Virus record (IMG/VR): IMGVR_UViG_3300024261_000005
Origin: a virus
Strand: one strand, 5' to 3'
DNA length: 64,000 nt
In this document: positions 29,755 to 40,502 of the stretch, piece by piece
How the letters are laid out: every line of letters begins with the position of its first letter
Position numbering within the stretch: the first letter of the stretch is position 1
Position numbers and translations under genes: made by a program
Notes under the pieces: model-generated
What the model saw: the letters and a program-made list of their open reading frames with translations, nothing else
Databases searched by the model: none
What the model was told of the DNA's origin: nothing

Positions 29755-31793
29755 CGTGCAATCACTCCATAGGAATTACTTTTTGGATATGTGTCTATTC
29801 TAACTGAGTACCAATACTTCTTTCCACTTTCAGTAGTATTGTCGATAAAAATTAGGTCTTCTTTTTGCGTACTTACTTTTGTATATATAACAGCAGGCTC
29901 ATTATTTTCATCTAAAACTTCTCCGGACTCATTGAGTCCTCGATAGAGATTGTAGGTTCCAGGACCTTCCCAGCTTATATTCAACTCAACGCTTCCCGCA
30001 CTTAGCTTTATGGCTAGCTCGCTTTTTGGATAGTAGTAGTCTACAACCAGATCCATCCCTGGACGCATCTTTCTTTTCGTTTTCCGAATCAACTCTGCCT
30101 CTTTGTAGACGCCCCCGTAAGATTCTAGTAATTCAATTGGATATTTTACATAAATTAAATTGTTTCTCTGAACTACCTGACCGTTCTCACCATACCCAAA
30201 CTGAGATTGAAGCCCTTTATGCTGTGCATCAAAATAGCTTTCCATCAGATCTTCATTTAAGTATCCAGAAGTCTTCACTTCGAATGTTGTTGTCTCGTCC
30301 AGATAGTAGTCTTCCTTAAATGTAACTTCGCCTAGTTCTAAGTAGCCTTTATCATCAGTGAAATTACAACAATAGTCATTCTTGAATTCAATCAAATCCT
30401 TGCCTAGCATATTCTTGTCGTTGTAAGTACCATCAGCTTTTAAGCTTTTGAACTCTTTATTTGACGAGAAAATGATTCTGTCATTTTCATCTAGCATGAA
30501 GTAATAAACAGATCTGATCCGCTGATCGGGAATTAGATAAAAGAATATTTTATTATAAATTAACAATTCATTTGTATACAGGTTTACGTCTATCGTATTT
30601 AGTATTAACGAATCAGCTCGGTAATAGAAGTCGCACTTAATTATATTAGAAGAATTGATGCTTCTATCGAGTTCGACAAACCCATACTCCTCATCCCAAG
30701 AGGAGATATGCTCGGCATATACTATAGTTGAATCGCTATATTTAGTTCCAAGTAATGTTGGACTGCTAGTATACGCTGCCAGTATGTTTTCTTCTTCATC
30801 AAAAATGTGTACACTTATATGCGAGAGTTCCTTTGGGTCGATCAATATCTTGTCTACAGGAAGTTTAATTGTATTTTCACTTACAAACCTGCACTCTTTA
30901 TTGATTAACCTTATTGTACCATACTGACCATCAAACGGCTGAGTCCGGAACTCTGGTACCCAATAACGCTTACCCTCACGGATGAAGCTTCCGTTGGAAA
31001 CTCTCAGATGCCAAGGGTTCGCTAAGCTATAGGCTTCCGGTTTAATTAATTTTATAAGATTGTCTTCTGTCGCTTTATAATGGAATTTGCTTGAAGTGTT
31101 GATGTCTTCGCAAGGACTGCTTTGTCTGTTTATTATATAAGTGTAACCAGTTCCATTCGGCTGCACTGTATATGAATCATTAGTAATTTCTCCTGTTTCC
31201 AGGTCTATGTCGGTATATAGCGTTGGTCCAATTGCAGGAATTACATTTAGTAATTCATTAAAGGCCACGCCGCTAATAGTAACTCCAGAGACAAAATATA
31301 TTCTGTAATTTGAGGTTTTGTAATCAAAGGAATTTTTATAATTTGTGTAGACACAACCGCCCTTTAGGACAAACCCCTCATTGACGTCTATGGATTCTCC
31401 GTTAGAAACGTAGTGCACGTCCACTTCTTTTATGTCACGTCTTCGATGCCGATGCCATAATGGTTTTTCAAACCCATCCTTATCAGATCTTAAGACTGTA
31501 TTAGTTATTAATAGTTCCTTATAGATGGAGTTGATAATGGAGGTCTCTGTTTCGCCTTCTTTATTTTCACGAAAAAAATTAGGATTATTTTGTATCACTT
31601 TCCAAGAGTGATCATTTAATTCTAAATGGTCTTCTGAGTTGATTTCTGCCGATTCAAAGTAATCTAAAGCAATAGATCTATCATCAATATATTTAGAATA
31701 TTGAAGCTTCTCGATTGGCTTACTGATGACTTGATGTAAATCTAAGTCGGTAGAAGTCTGGTAGCCTTCATTTATTATTTCTAGGTTAAACAT
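29751..31793 (-). CDS. Virion structural protein with C-terminal FN3-like domain
   Basis: C-terminus VELNISW...YNLYR...FIDNTTESGKKYWYSV. Confidence 0.65.
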   Translation of the reverse strand: MFNLEIINEGYQTSTDLDLHQVISKPIEKLQYSKYIDDRSIALDYFESAEINSEDHLELNDHSWKVIQNNPNFFRENKEGETETSIINSIYKELLITNTVLRSDKDGFEKPLWHRHRRRDIKEVDVHYVSNGESIDVNEGFVLKGGCVYTNYKNSFDYKTSNYRIYFVSGVTISGVAFNELLNVIPAIGPTLYTDIDLETGEITNDSYTVQPNGTGYTYIINRQSSPCEDINTSSKFHYKATEDNLIKLIKPEAYSLANPWHLRVSNGSFIREGKRYWVPEFRTQPFDGQYGTIRLINKECRFVSENTIKLPVDKILIDPKELSHISVHIFDEEENILAAYTSSPTLLGTKYSDSTIVYAEHISSWDEEYGFVELDRSINSSNIIKCDFYYRADSLILNTIDVNLYTNELLIYNKIFFYLIPDQRIRSVYYFMLDENDRIIFSSNKEFKSLKADGTYNDKNMLGKDLIEFKNDYCCNFTDDKGYLELGEVTFKEDYYLDETTTFEVKTSGYLNEDLMESYFDAQHKGLQSQFGYGENGQVVQRNNLIYVKYPIELLESYGGVYKEAELIRKTKRKMRPGMDLVVDYYYPKSELAIKLSAGSVELNISWEGPGTYNLYRGLNESGEVLDENNEPAVIYTKVSTQKEDLIFIDNTTESGKKYWYSVRIDTYPKSNSYGVIAR

Positions 31794-31800
31794 ATTATTA

Positions 31801-34611
31801 TTATCCTGTAATCTCTAGCCAAACTTTTCCTCTAAAGATACGTTCTTCTACTTTGTACCATGTATTTGCTTTGAACTGGTTGGTTGAAAATGCCCCTACA
31901 GTATATTCGTTTATTATATGTTCGCTATAAGCGTATGGACCCCCTGGGGAGGTAGCGTCCCAACCCTTGATACCCTCATTAAATCCGAGCTTGCTCCGAC
32001 CGCCATCTCTTATCCAAGAGCTAACCAACGTTTCATCAATAATAGAACTATTCACAATTTCGTAATCCGTTCGATCATAGGAGTCGCTTTCGCCGCTTAT
32101 ATTGAGAAGCATCGGCGCAGTTTCTGTTTCATCTAACGTTCTACCATTCAAGGTTACTACATTCACTTCAGTTATACTATTAAGGAGTAATGCTGTAAGT
32201 GGTTTAGCTATACATGTGTTGTTGGAGTAGTAAGTGTTGTCATCAATCCGACCAGAATATTCAAACCTTATAATGAATCTTGGGAAGTATCCTTTATTCA
32301 AGCTGGGGTCATCGAAAACAGTAGGTAGATTTACTTTAAAATAAAAAGTGTTCTCTAACTCTTCATTGGAGTCTTGGTGTAGTCTTTCGTAACTTAGAGC
32401 TCTATTGAGCTCTATTAAGGTATAGTGTGGCTCGTATTCATTTATAAAGCCAGCACCTGTAAGCTGGTTCGGCTCCCCCGTGGGAGGCAAGTGCAAGACA
32501 TGAACAGATTCATCTATCTCATAACTTCCTGATCCATCATCCTTTAAACTGTTCAATACTGTACTTAACCCTATCTCATAGGAGTTATTCATGCTTCTTG
32601 GGTCTGATAAGATTAAAAAGCTGTCAATGTTGTCAGGTACGACGGTCTGGCTAGAGTATAAGTTGTACTGGGCGGTTCTATAACCTTGAGTCATAAAAGG
32701 GTTGCCACCAAGATTTAAACTGTACTGAACGCTAGCATTATCTGATGTATAGACGGCCTCCCACCCCCATCGATGTTGAGACAGATTTGCCTCAGTTTCA
32801 TCAAGTAAATAAACTTTTTCCACCCAATTGGTCACGCTGTCTTGCATTAAGGTAAACGGAGAGTTTGCTTCTAGGTTGCCAAGCTCATCCAGTTTCAATG
32901 CATCTCGATAATTAGAGTTAATCGTAAATACCGCATGAACACTGCTCATTTTCTTTGCTGCTATACCCTCCTTGTGAAAATGCTTCTTGTTTAACAGATC
33001 TGATGGATGATAATTTCCATCTAGCTCTGTAGGCTCAAACTCTTCAAAAACAAAACCTTCATTAACGGTTACGTCTTTAGTGGCTGTGTCTACTTTTAAA
33101 AACTCTTTACGTGTAAGATCTTCTATGGTTGTAAGATCCCCACGAAGGCTTAATTGGTCTCTTCCAATTATATTTATGATCGGAGCAGCATCAGCTATCT
33201 CAGTCCCAGCATTTCTAATAAACTTGCGCCTTGAGATCATTTCGATATCCCCTTCACCGGAGATATTGCTTTCTATCACTAGGTTTCCAAGCCAGTTTTG
33301 TATTCGACACTGGTTATTACCAAAAAGAATATTATGACTACTTGAGTTTGAGTCTCCATTTGCGATCAAATCGGTCCCTAACGGATCAAAACTTATCAAA
33401 CCCATCATCAAGTCGCCACGCATAGCATTGTCACCATTATTGCCATTCGAGTCAGTTACATATCCGTCACGATGCAAGTACATCGGCAACTGATTCCATG
33501 GCAATCCGGATGGACCATAGATGCCGCTTGGAGGCTTAAACTCATACTTGTCTGCAAGATGCTTAATGCTTACTAACGGCTCTCCAAACATTCCGCTATG
33601 ATCATGCTTAAAGAGCTTGAGGCGAATGTCGTCAATGTAATTTGTTATATTAGCACCCACTGTTATTATGCAGTAATCATCTCCAGGTATCGATCCGTTC
33701 TCTTCGCAAATATCAACATTTGATACAAGCAACTTAGAAGCGCTCTCCCAAGTGTATTCCGCATCTTTGAATATTTCTCTCGTTATTCTGTTTTTTAAGT
33801 AAATGTAGTTGTGCGGTATCTTTTTGTTTTCCGCATTAGCCATAATGTCATTTAGCCACTTTGGAAATGCATACTGTTTTGCATTGTTGAATTCATCTGC
33901 AGTACCAAGTGTTGAGTCGTTTAGATCGACCAATCCAGACTGTTGAGCCTGGATTGTAGGAAATTCTATAAGATACTCTCTAGAGTTCTGCGTTTCCGCG
34001 ATTGTGAGTCCAGTGCTCTGATTTGGGTCAGGTATCACGTTGAAGCCTGCAAACTGATAGTCTACCCCTCCATGATAGTTGGAAGGTCTGGTATCGTAAG
34101 TGGCAATCATGCCTCCAGTTGTAGCAGAACTGAATCGAATCTTTTTATTTCCGCTCATAGTGAACTGAGCTGTATCAGTGAACTCAGAACCGACAGCAGT
34201 CAATCCCGTAAAAGAGGGAAATCCACGCATAGGATAACTTGTTTCGAATTCGAAGACTCCATCAGGAATTTGTTCTTGAATCACTTTCATCTCGAGCTCT
34301 ACATTTGTAAACATTCGAGCATTAAGATTACTTGCGGGCCCAATGAGCCTCGCCAAGTTAACAATGTCCAGATCTCTGGCCTTGTTCCCTGCGCCTGTAA
34401 GATTCCAAGGCGCCCCTATCCCTTTGCCTACTCCATCCAATGTGTGGTAAGGCCACCCTTTATCATGAATGTCTCCAATCGCACCAGCTAATTCAATCAT
34501 TCCACGAGAGAAGTACTTGTTAACAGCATTAAATTTATCAGCAGACGGCCTCTCACCCATGTAGAATGTTACTAGGTTCGAAAGGTTACTATAGAAAATG
34601 TCACTACTCAT
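31801..34611 (-). CDS. Tail fibre/baseplate-attached protein
   Basis: 936 aa; HDHSG and YLHRDG...MRGDL fibre-type motifs. Confidence 0.55.
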   Translation of the reverse strand: MSSDIFYSNLSNLVTFYMGERPSADKFNAVNKYFSRGMIELAGAIGDIHDKGWPYHTLDGVGKGIGAPWNLTGAGNKARDLDIVNLARLIGPASNLNARMFTNVELEMKVIQEQIPDGVFEFETSYPMRGFPSFTGLTAVGSEFTDTAQFTMSGNKKIRFSSATTGGMIATYDTRPSNYHGGVDYQFAGFNVIPDPNQSTGLTIAETQNSREYLIEFPTIQAQQSGLVDLNDSTLGTADEFNNAKQYAFPKWLNDIMANAENKKIPHNYIYLKNRITREIFKDAEYTWESASKLLVSNVDICEENGSIPGDDYCIITVGANITNYIDDIRLKLFKHDHSGMFGEPLVSIKHLADKYEFKPPSGIYGPSGLPWNQLPMYLHRDGYVTDSNGNNGDNAMRGDLMMGLISFDPLGTDLIANGDSNSSSHNILFGNNQCRIQNWLGNLVIESNISGEGDIEMISRRKFIRNAGTEIADAAPIINIIGRDQLSLRGDLTTIEDLTRKEFLKVDTATKDVTVNEGFVFEEFEPTELDGNYHPSDLLNKKHFHKEGIAAKKMSSVHAVFTINSNYRDALKLDELGNLEANSPFTLMQDSVTNWVEKVYLLDETEANLSQHRWGWEAVYTSDNASVQYSLNLGGNPFMTQGYRTAQYNLYSSQTVVPDNIDSFLILSDPRSMNNSYEIGLSTVLNSLKDDGSGSYEIDESVHVLHLPPTGEPNQLTGAGFINEYEPHYTLIELNRALSYERLHQDSNEELENTFYFKVNLPTVFDDPSLNKGYFPRFIIRFEYSGRIDDNTYYSNNTCIAKPLTALLLNSITEVNVVTLNGRTLDETETAPMLLNISGESDSYDRTDYEIVNSSIIDETLVSSWIRDGGRSKLGFNEGIKGWDATSPGGPYAYSEHIINEYTVGAFSTNQFKANTWYKVEERIFRGKVWLEITG

Positions 34612-34621
34612 ATTTCTCTCA

Positions 34622-37135
34622 CTAATCTAAAAAGTGTAAATTTATTTGGCTTGTATGATCTGTAGGATTTATAGCAATAAAGTTTGCACCTCCCAAACCA
34701 CCACTGTCTTCTGAATCTAATGTTTTAAATCTGAATCCATTTTCAGATTTAAGGTAATTCGGGAAATCAATTTTTAACTTGATTTGATTTGATCTTATTT
34801 CAAAGCCTGTCGCCGGATCAATACATCGCGCATGAAGCGTTACGTTTTTGCTTGCCATGATTTTGTACATGGCGATAATATTATTTCTATCTGACATACT
34901 GTTCGCTGGTAAGTGAATCCCATCAAAATATATTCTGTTGTTCACGATTCGACTTGGAGTCACCTTTTCATACAGACCAGTCGCACCATCAATTTTATAT
35001 AGAACTTTATTTAAACTTCTATTTAGTCTTTCTTCAGGCGAAATTTCAGCAGGCTGCCCCAGCCCACTCCAGTCTAGCTCTGCGCGCTTATACATGTGAA
35101 CTTTTTTAATTGGCAAATGGCGAATCTTTCTAAATTGAGATTGGCTACTGGCTCTTATTTGAATGCTGGTTTCATCAATTACTTTTTCAATTAATACTGG
35201 ACCAACAGTGCCCATATTGTAATCCAGCTCAATCAAGCACATGCCTGTGTTCCACTCTTTCCCATCACAAAGATTCAGTTGCCTTGGGACATAGTCTTCA
35301 ATATCCTTGCTGCGATCTAGCTGGTTTAATTCATACTCCTTATAATCGAGTCCAATCTTGTCTTCTAGGTTTAGAAGCACCTTATCGTCTAAGTCGATTA
35401 TCTTTTTGCCGACTACGTTTAATTCTCGACCCAAAGAGCCACTAAATGCATCGGTTTTGAATACCTGAAATACTGTTATGTCCCCTATCTGAGTGCCTAT
35501 ACCTAGATTATTATAGATTAGATAACTATCGTTGCCATCCAGATAAACCTCAGAGTAACCACTTAACGCATTGTTTGAATATGGATAAAAATATGCAGCT
35601 TTAGCCATTCCCTCTTTGTTGCTTACTTTGGTAATTCCATCAAATGCAGGAACGTCTCCTTCGAAAGAACCTTCTTTACCAAAAAAAGTAATGTCAATTT
35701 CACTTACTGGCTTTTTATTATTATTTAAAGCCGTTGCTTTTAATATTGTTGTATCCCCTTGAAGGAACATCGGGCCGTAAATATCACGGCCAATTTTACT
35801 TTTATCACAAGTTAAAGTTAATTCGCTGACATGCTTCTCTTGAGGGCTTAATTCAATTATCCCATTAGAATTTATTTTAGTATAGGGCTTAATATTTAAG
35901 TCGCTGGAGAAGAGCCCTCCATTAATACATTCAAAGTCAATCCTTGGCTTGGCAGTATAAGATACATAAATTTGCTCCAAGTTCTTTAAGCGCCTGCCGC
36001 CATACTTCAGAGTCCCCAGATCTCCTTCATTTAAAGATGGCATCCCTCGTTCAGAGAAGTCCAAATTGCAAACATACAATCCATACTTCTTCTTTCCATA
36101 GAAATAAAGCAATTCACTTTGTGCACCTATAGTTATGTACCCCCGCTCCGGGAAACTCTCTGTGCTTCCGTGCAGCTCAAGAACCCCTCCAGAATCATCC
36201 TTTATACTAAAGTTAACTACAGGATAGTTATTGCTAAATAAAATTCTTCCAGTCTCTTTATCTAGAATATAATGTCTATCAGTATCTGAAGAATCAATGA
36301 AATTTGAAACTGGGATCCAGTCATAAATCACATCATTTTGAATTGTTTTTAATTCTAAGTTTTCTGCAGGGAAGTATTCTGTGTAGCAAATTCCGCGATG
36401 CTTGTTACCCAAACCCAAATGCTCATACTTGCATTGAACTTCGTCAACAGTTGGCCCAGCACTAGAGCCTATTTGAACCTGTTTTAAAGATTTAAATTCG
36501 ATCTTATTTGTATCGGATTCAAACCTAAACGATAACTCATCGTTTAGAGCGGTATCATAGCTGTATGTATATGCAGGTATGTTGTTAAAATTTGAATCCC
36601 TTTTAAACAGAGTTATACTTACGCTTGAATCAATAAACTTATTTTTAATTTCATAAGTATGATTGCCTTCAAGATTCGTTCCTTCCGCATTAAGGACTTC
36701 ACAGGAACTCTTATTCGAGTACAATTTTTTACTCAGGTGAAATATAGAATAGACCCCAGGGGTATACTTAGGTATCCATCTTTTTCTTTTTGTTTTATAT
36801 TGGGATTCATCAATTGAATCCAGCACAATCCCAGAGAGAACCGAACCGAACCAGTGATCTCTGACTGAACCTTCTTCAAGGTTCGAAGAATGCCCACCTA
36901 GAAAGCTTTCTATTGTCTTCTTCTTGTCGCTTAAATCCTGTGGCTTGGTTTTGTTCCAGGTCCAACCCTTAACACCTTTGAAGGTTCCAGTTAAAGGGTA
37001 GCTCTGCTTATTTACAATTACTTCATTGCTAATCCCAAAAGAAATAACTTCGCATTGCTCTATCAGATCTACATCTGATGTTCCCAAGCCTCTTGAAATA
37101 AAATTTATTCCAAGTCGATTCAAAATTAAAGACAT
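34622..37135 (-). CDS. Virion structural protein with Ig-like (Big_1/invasin-type) domain
   Basis: YILDKETGRILF motif and TILKATALNNNKKPV..IDITF...SNKEGMA. Confidence 0.6.
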   Translation of the reverse strand: MSLILNRLGINFISRGLGTSDVDLIEQCEVISFGISNEVIVNKQSYPLTGTFKGVKGWTWNKTKPQDLSDKKKTIESFLGGHSSNLEEGSVRDHWFGSVLSGIVLDSIDESQYKTKRKRWIPKYTPGVYSIFHLSKKLYSNKSSCEVLNAEGTNLEGNHTYEIKNKFIDSSVSITLFKRDSNFNNIPAYTYSYDTALNDELSFRFESDTNKIEFKSLKQVQIGSSAGPTVDEVQCKYEHLGLGNKHRGICYTEYFPAENLELKTIQNDVIYDWIPVSNFIDSSDTDRHYILDKETGRILFSNNYPVVNFSIKDDSGGVLELHGSTESFPERGYITIGAQSELLYFYGKKKYGLYVCNLDFSERGMPSLNEGDLGTLKYGGRRLKNLEQIYVSYTAKPRIDFECINGGLFSSDLNIKPYTKINSNGIIELSPQEKHVSELTLTCDKSKIGRDIYGPMFLQGDTTILKATALNNNKKPVSEIDITFFGKEGSFEGDVPAFDGITKVSNKEGMAKAAYFYPYSNNALSGYSEVYLDGNDSYLIYNNLGIGTQIGDITVFQVFKTDAFSGSLGRELNVVGKKIIDLDDKVLLNLEDKIGLDYKEYELNQLDRSKDIEDYVPRQLNLCDGKEWNTGMCLIELDYNMGTVGPVLIEKVIDETSIQIRASSQSQFRKIRHLPIKKVHMYKRAELDWSGLGQPAEISPEERLNRSLNKVLYKIDGATGLYEKVTPSRIVNNRIYFDGIHLPANSMSDRNNIIAMYKIMASKNVTLHARCIDPATGFEIRSNQIKLKIDFPNYLKSENGFRFKTLDSEDSGGLGGANFIAINPTDHTSQINLHFLD

Positions 37136-37147
37136 AGTTCAGGCCCT

Positions 37148-37651
37148 CTAATATGGTTGTACATTCACTGCAACCCTATAGAAAGGATTCCTAGAAGTAC
37201 CGGTTATTCCGCCAGAATCAAGTAGATCCCAGCGGCCTATTTCTACACCTGTTTCAGCGTGCTTTATAACCAGCTGGTTGCTAGCGGAATCAATCTCCCA
37301 AGTCCCCTGCTCTATATCAACAATCCTTTGAACTGCAGACGACATATAGTCAGTCTTTTCAATCCTCATTGTGATGTATTTTTCTACTAGGTCGTCCAAA
37401 CCTGTATCTATTTTCAATAAATATGCTATTGGGTCTTCATCTTTTGTCCACTCGTATGCGAACTTATAGAACCCTCCGCCGACTTCCTCTATTACGGGCA
37501 ACACAACGTCTGTTGTAACCAGGTCGGTGTTGTCGCTAATGTCAAAGAAGTTAACGAACGCAGGGGTCTTGCCCGTGGCGGCTATGTTCATCGATTCTAA
37601 GTAGAACGAATACGTTACAGATTCTTTTATTGTTTTATCAATATGGCTCAT
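37148..37651 (-). CDS. Hypothetical virion protein
   Basis: 167 aa; EVGGGFYKF-type beta motif. Confidence 0.6.
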   Translation of the reverse strand: MSHIDKTIKESVTYSFYLESMNIAATGKTPAFVNFFDISDNTDLVTTDVVLPVIEEVGGGFYKFAYEWTKDEDPIAYLLKIDTGLDDLVEKYITMRIEKTDYMSSAVQRIVDIEQGTWEIDSASNQLVIKHAETGVEIGRWDLLDSGGITGTSRNPFYRVAVNVQPY

Positions 37652-37655
37652 AATC

Positions 37656-40502
37656 TTAAGCCCCCCAATATGTATTTTGTTTTTTTAGAATTTTGTTTAT
37701 GATAACAGATCCGTTTTGAGATAGTAACTTTTCTGTGGGTGTATTTTCCACAACATTAGTTTGATCTCCGTAGGTCTCGTTATCGCTATAAGCGACTTTA
37801 ATAAGGTCGTCGAAATCTTCATCGTTAACGGCGCAACCCTTAATGGGCAGCCATTTTAACTTCAGTGGGAAATCTTGGTACTCGAAGGTTACAGATTCTT
37901 GAGCTAACTTAAACTTATGTAAGATGTTGTCCTCTAGGCTGTAATTATAAGGAGACACAATTTGACTCTCATCTACGTTATTTATGAAGTCGCCCGAACC
38001 ATCATGTATCTCTCCTAAGCCGCCTTTCGGTAAATCCTTTACTTGTGTTTCAACATTTAAGTTTAGGTATTGCCGCCTAGAAGACAAAGGCATTAGGTTT
38101 TCACATCGTTTATAGTGCCAGGAATCATTATTAACTAGGACTTCAACGGATATGAAATCTAATAAATCTAACTCCGCTTTCAAATCTATTAAGAACTTTA
38201 GCTTATCAAATCTATGTTCATAATTTAGCACCTCATCAACAAAAATCTTAATCCTGTTTGATGTAATATCTATTTTGATATTATCAGCGCTATTAACTTT
38301 AGAGATTTCAAAGATATCTTCGTCAGTAAGCTTTGTTATATAGCCTAGCGATTTATAAAAAGAGCCCTTTTCTTGAGTTAAAGTTCCATGCATAGCTTTT
38401 GAAACTCTATGTCTGTATGAATTTAACGATTCATGTAGCTCTCTACTTAAGCCCAACTTAAATCCAGCCTCATCGATCCACGTACTATTTCTTACTTTCT
38501 TCAGGGCGCTCATATGTGAAGTGTAGGTTTCGTTAATGATTATACTTAAGTTATCATATGGCTCCAAGACAACACCCTCCCCACTGTTGTAATCGTAGAA
38601 GATGTAGTCATAATATCTTTTAATAGAAAAGATATAGTTCTTATTTAAAATATTCACTGATAGTTTTAAATCATTCTCACAGTTTTCAAACCACAAAGAA
38701 ACGTTACGATCTATTGAAACTTCAGTTTCAATCAGCAAGTGTTCTGTTAGCTCCTCTATACTTTCGGCACTAATTTCCTCTCCATAGTTACCCAACGCAG
38801 TTTCAACTAGAACTTTATCTAAATCAACTTCAAATTCAGGTAGCATCTCTTCACACAATATTGAGTATGAATTGATTGCAATCTTTTGTTGATAAGGGTC
38901 GTTACTGAATTCGACTAGCTTTGCTTTAAAATCACTTTCAGGGATATTTCCGGCTCGTACTTCATCTAAGTAGTCTTCAGTAAAAGAAAGCTCCCTCAAT
39001 GTTATAACATAAAAGTCGTACTGACCTGCTTCATCATAAGTGTTTTCAAAATGCATTGAGCTGAAGTTTTCATATTTGTCAGCACGGTTTCTTCCGCCAA
39101 AATAATTTAAGCTATCTCCCCAAGTTAAATCTGCTTGAAGAAATTCAAAATTAAAGTCCGAATCATCAGCATAAGAAAGTCTTCTCTCAGGCGTATGTCG
39201 TCCTATTATTACATTTAGTATAGTCCTCTTTGCGCGCTCTAAAAGTAAGTTTATCTTGCCTACCTCACCTAAATAAACTCTTTGGTTTTCTGCTTCAAAA
39301 CCCAGATCAATAAGTCGAGTTCGTTTTATGAGCTTCTTTTCAAAAGAATCTCTATGTAGCTTATAACTTCTTAAAGTAAAGTTATTGTCTACTGTTAAAA
39401 ATCTATCTCGCACCCTATCTATAGCAAAGCTTTTTACAACTATGGGCTCCAAAGTGTTATTGAAGAGACATCTTTTACTTAGCGTTTCTTTGAAGAATGT
39501 CGGGTCTAATTCCGCGCCTTCTATCTTATAACTAGATCCGTCTTCATAAGAACGGAATATGTATTCCATAAACGACCTTGTAATGCCGTCTGAGTCAGTT
39601 TCTGTAGTTAGCTTATACTCCACATCATTTTCTATAAGAGTGTCATAACCAAGCTCATTTGAAACTTTGATTATCGTTGAGTTTTTATCAATCGTATTGT
39701 TTATCTTAACGGGCAAATTGCGGACTTTTAAAGATCCATCAAAGCCATACTTTTCAATTGAGCCGCCACCAACGATGCTGTTTTCCTTCTTTAAAGGACA
39801 TAGCTTTTTAAACCAATTCTGGCTTTCGTAGATACCATCGTCTTTTATTCTTATCGTTTCTTCGATCTTCCTGTCTGCTTCATCATAGCCTCTTAGAACA
39901 ACCGAGTAATGATCATTAAAATTCTCATTGATGATTTTGCTATCAAACACTTTTGTGTCCGATACCTCTATGTATATTTTCTTGTATTCATTCTTAAAAT
40001 CGAAGATCTCTTCGCAAGTGTAAGAGTTCTCGACAATATCTACTTGCTTAGTAAAATTAAAATGATCAGCGTCCACTTCAAGCTCTGATTCATTTTCAAC
40101 GATTGACAACAAGCTGCAATTAGCTTGTTTTTCAAATTCGACTTCATATCTTGTTGGAATGCTAGTGCTTATTTCGTCGTAAGTGTGTTTTGGTGTGAGA
40201 CTTATAGTCTCGTTACCTAAAACTCCTGAAGCCTCTAAGGAATCAAACAAAGCGGTTTCTCTTACGTAGTTAAGGTACTCGTGTATGTTTGGATGTATGA
40301 AGCTGTAAAAATGACCAAACTCCTTGGCAGGATTCCCCTTTAACGCTTTCGTTGCAGCGATTGAGCTCAAGAATGAAGACCTCTCTTCGTTCAAGCTCTC
40401 ACCTATGGCGTTCAGTAGCATGCTGCCATTTGATGATTCATTCCTCCTTATCTCTGACCACAAGGGGAACCTGTTTCTCAGTGAACGCCCTAAGTAGCTC
40501 AT
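37656..40502 (-). CDS. Baseplate wedge protein (P2 gpI/Mu gp48-like motifs) with large extra region
   Basis: Directly follows baseplate J; N-terminal RFPLW and internal IDEAGFKLGLSRELHESLNSYRHRV. Confidence 0.55.
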   Translation of the reverse strand: MSYLGRSLRNRFPLWSEIRRNESSNGSMLLNAIGESLNEERSSFLSSIAATKALKGNPAKEFGHFYSFIHPNIHEYLNYVRETALFDSLEASGVLGNETISLTPKHTYDEISTSIPTRYEVEFEKQANCSLLSIVENESELEVDADHFNFTKQVDIVENSYTCEEIFDFKNEYKKIYIEVSDTKVFDSKIINENFNDHYSVVLRGYDEADRKIEETIRIKDDGIYESQNWFKKLCPLKKENSIVGGGSIEKYGFDGSLKVRNLPVKINNTIDKNSTIIKVSNELGYDTLIENDVEYKLTTETDSDGITRSFMEYIFRSYEDGSSYKIEGAELDPTFFKETLSKRCLFNNTLEPIVVKSFAIDRVRDRFLTVDNNFTLRSYKLHRDSFEKKLIKRTRLIDLGFEAENQRVYLGEVGKINLLLERAKRTILNVIIGRHTPERRLSYADDSDFNFEFLQADLTWGDSLNYFGGRNRADKYENFSSMHFENTYDEAGQYDFYVITLRELSFTEDYLDEVRAGNIPESDFKAKLVEFSNDPYQQKIAINSYSILCEEMLPEFEVDLDKVLVETALGNYGEEISAESIEELTEHLLIETEVSIDRNVSLWFENCENDLKLSVNILNKNYIFSIKRYYDYIFYDYNSGEGVVLEPYDNLSIIINETYTSHMSALKKVRNSTWIDEAGFKLGLSRELHESLNSYRHRVSKAMHGTLTQEKGSFYKSLGYITKLTDEDIFEISKVNSADNIKIDITSNRIKIFVDEVLNYEHRFDKLKFLIDLKAELDLLDFISVEVLVNNDSWHYKRCENLMPLSSRRQYLNLNVETQVKDLPKGGLGEIHDGSGDFINNVDESQIVSPYNYSLEDNILHKFKLAQESVTFEYQDFPLKLKWLPIKGCAVNDEDFDDLIKVAYSDNETYGDQTNVVENTPTEKLLSQNGSVIINKILKKQNTYWGA

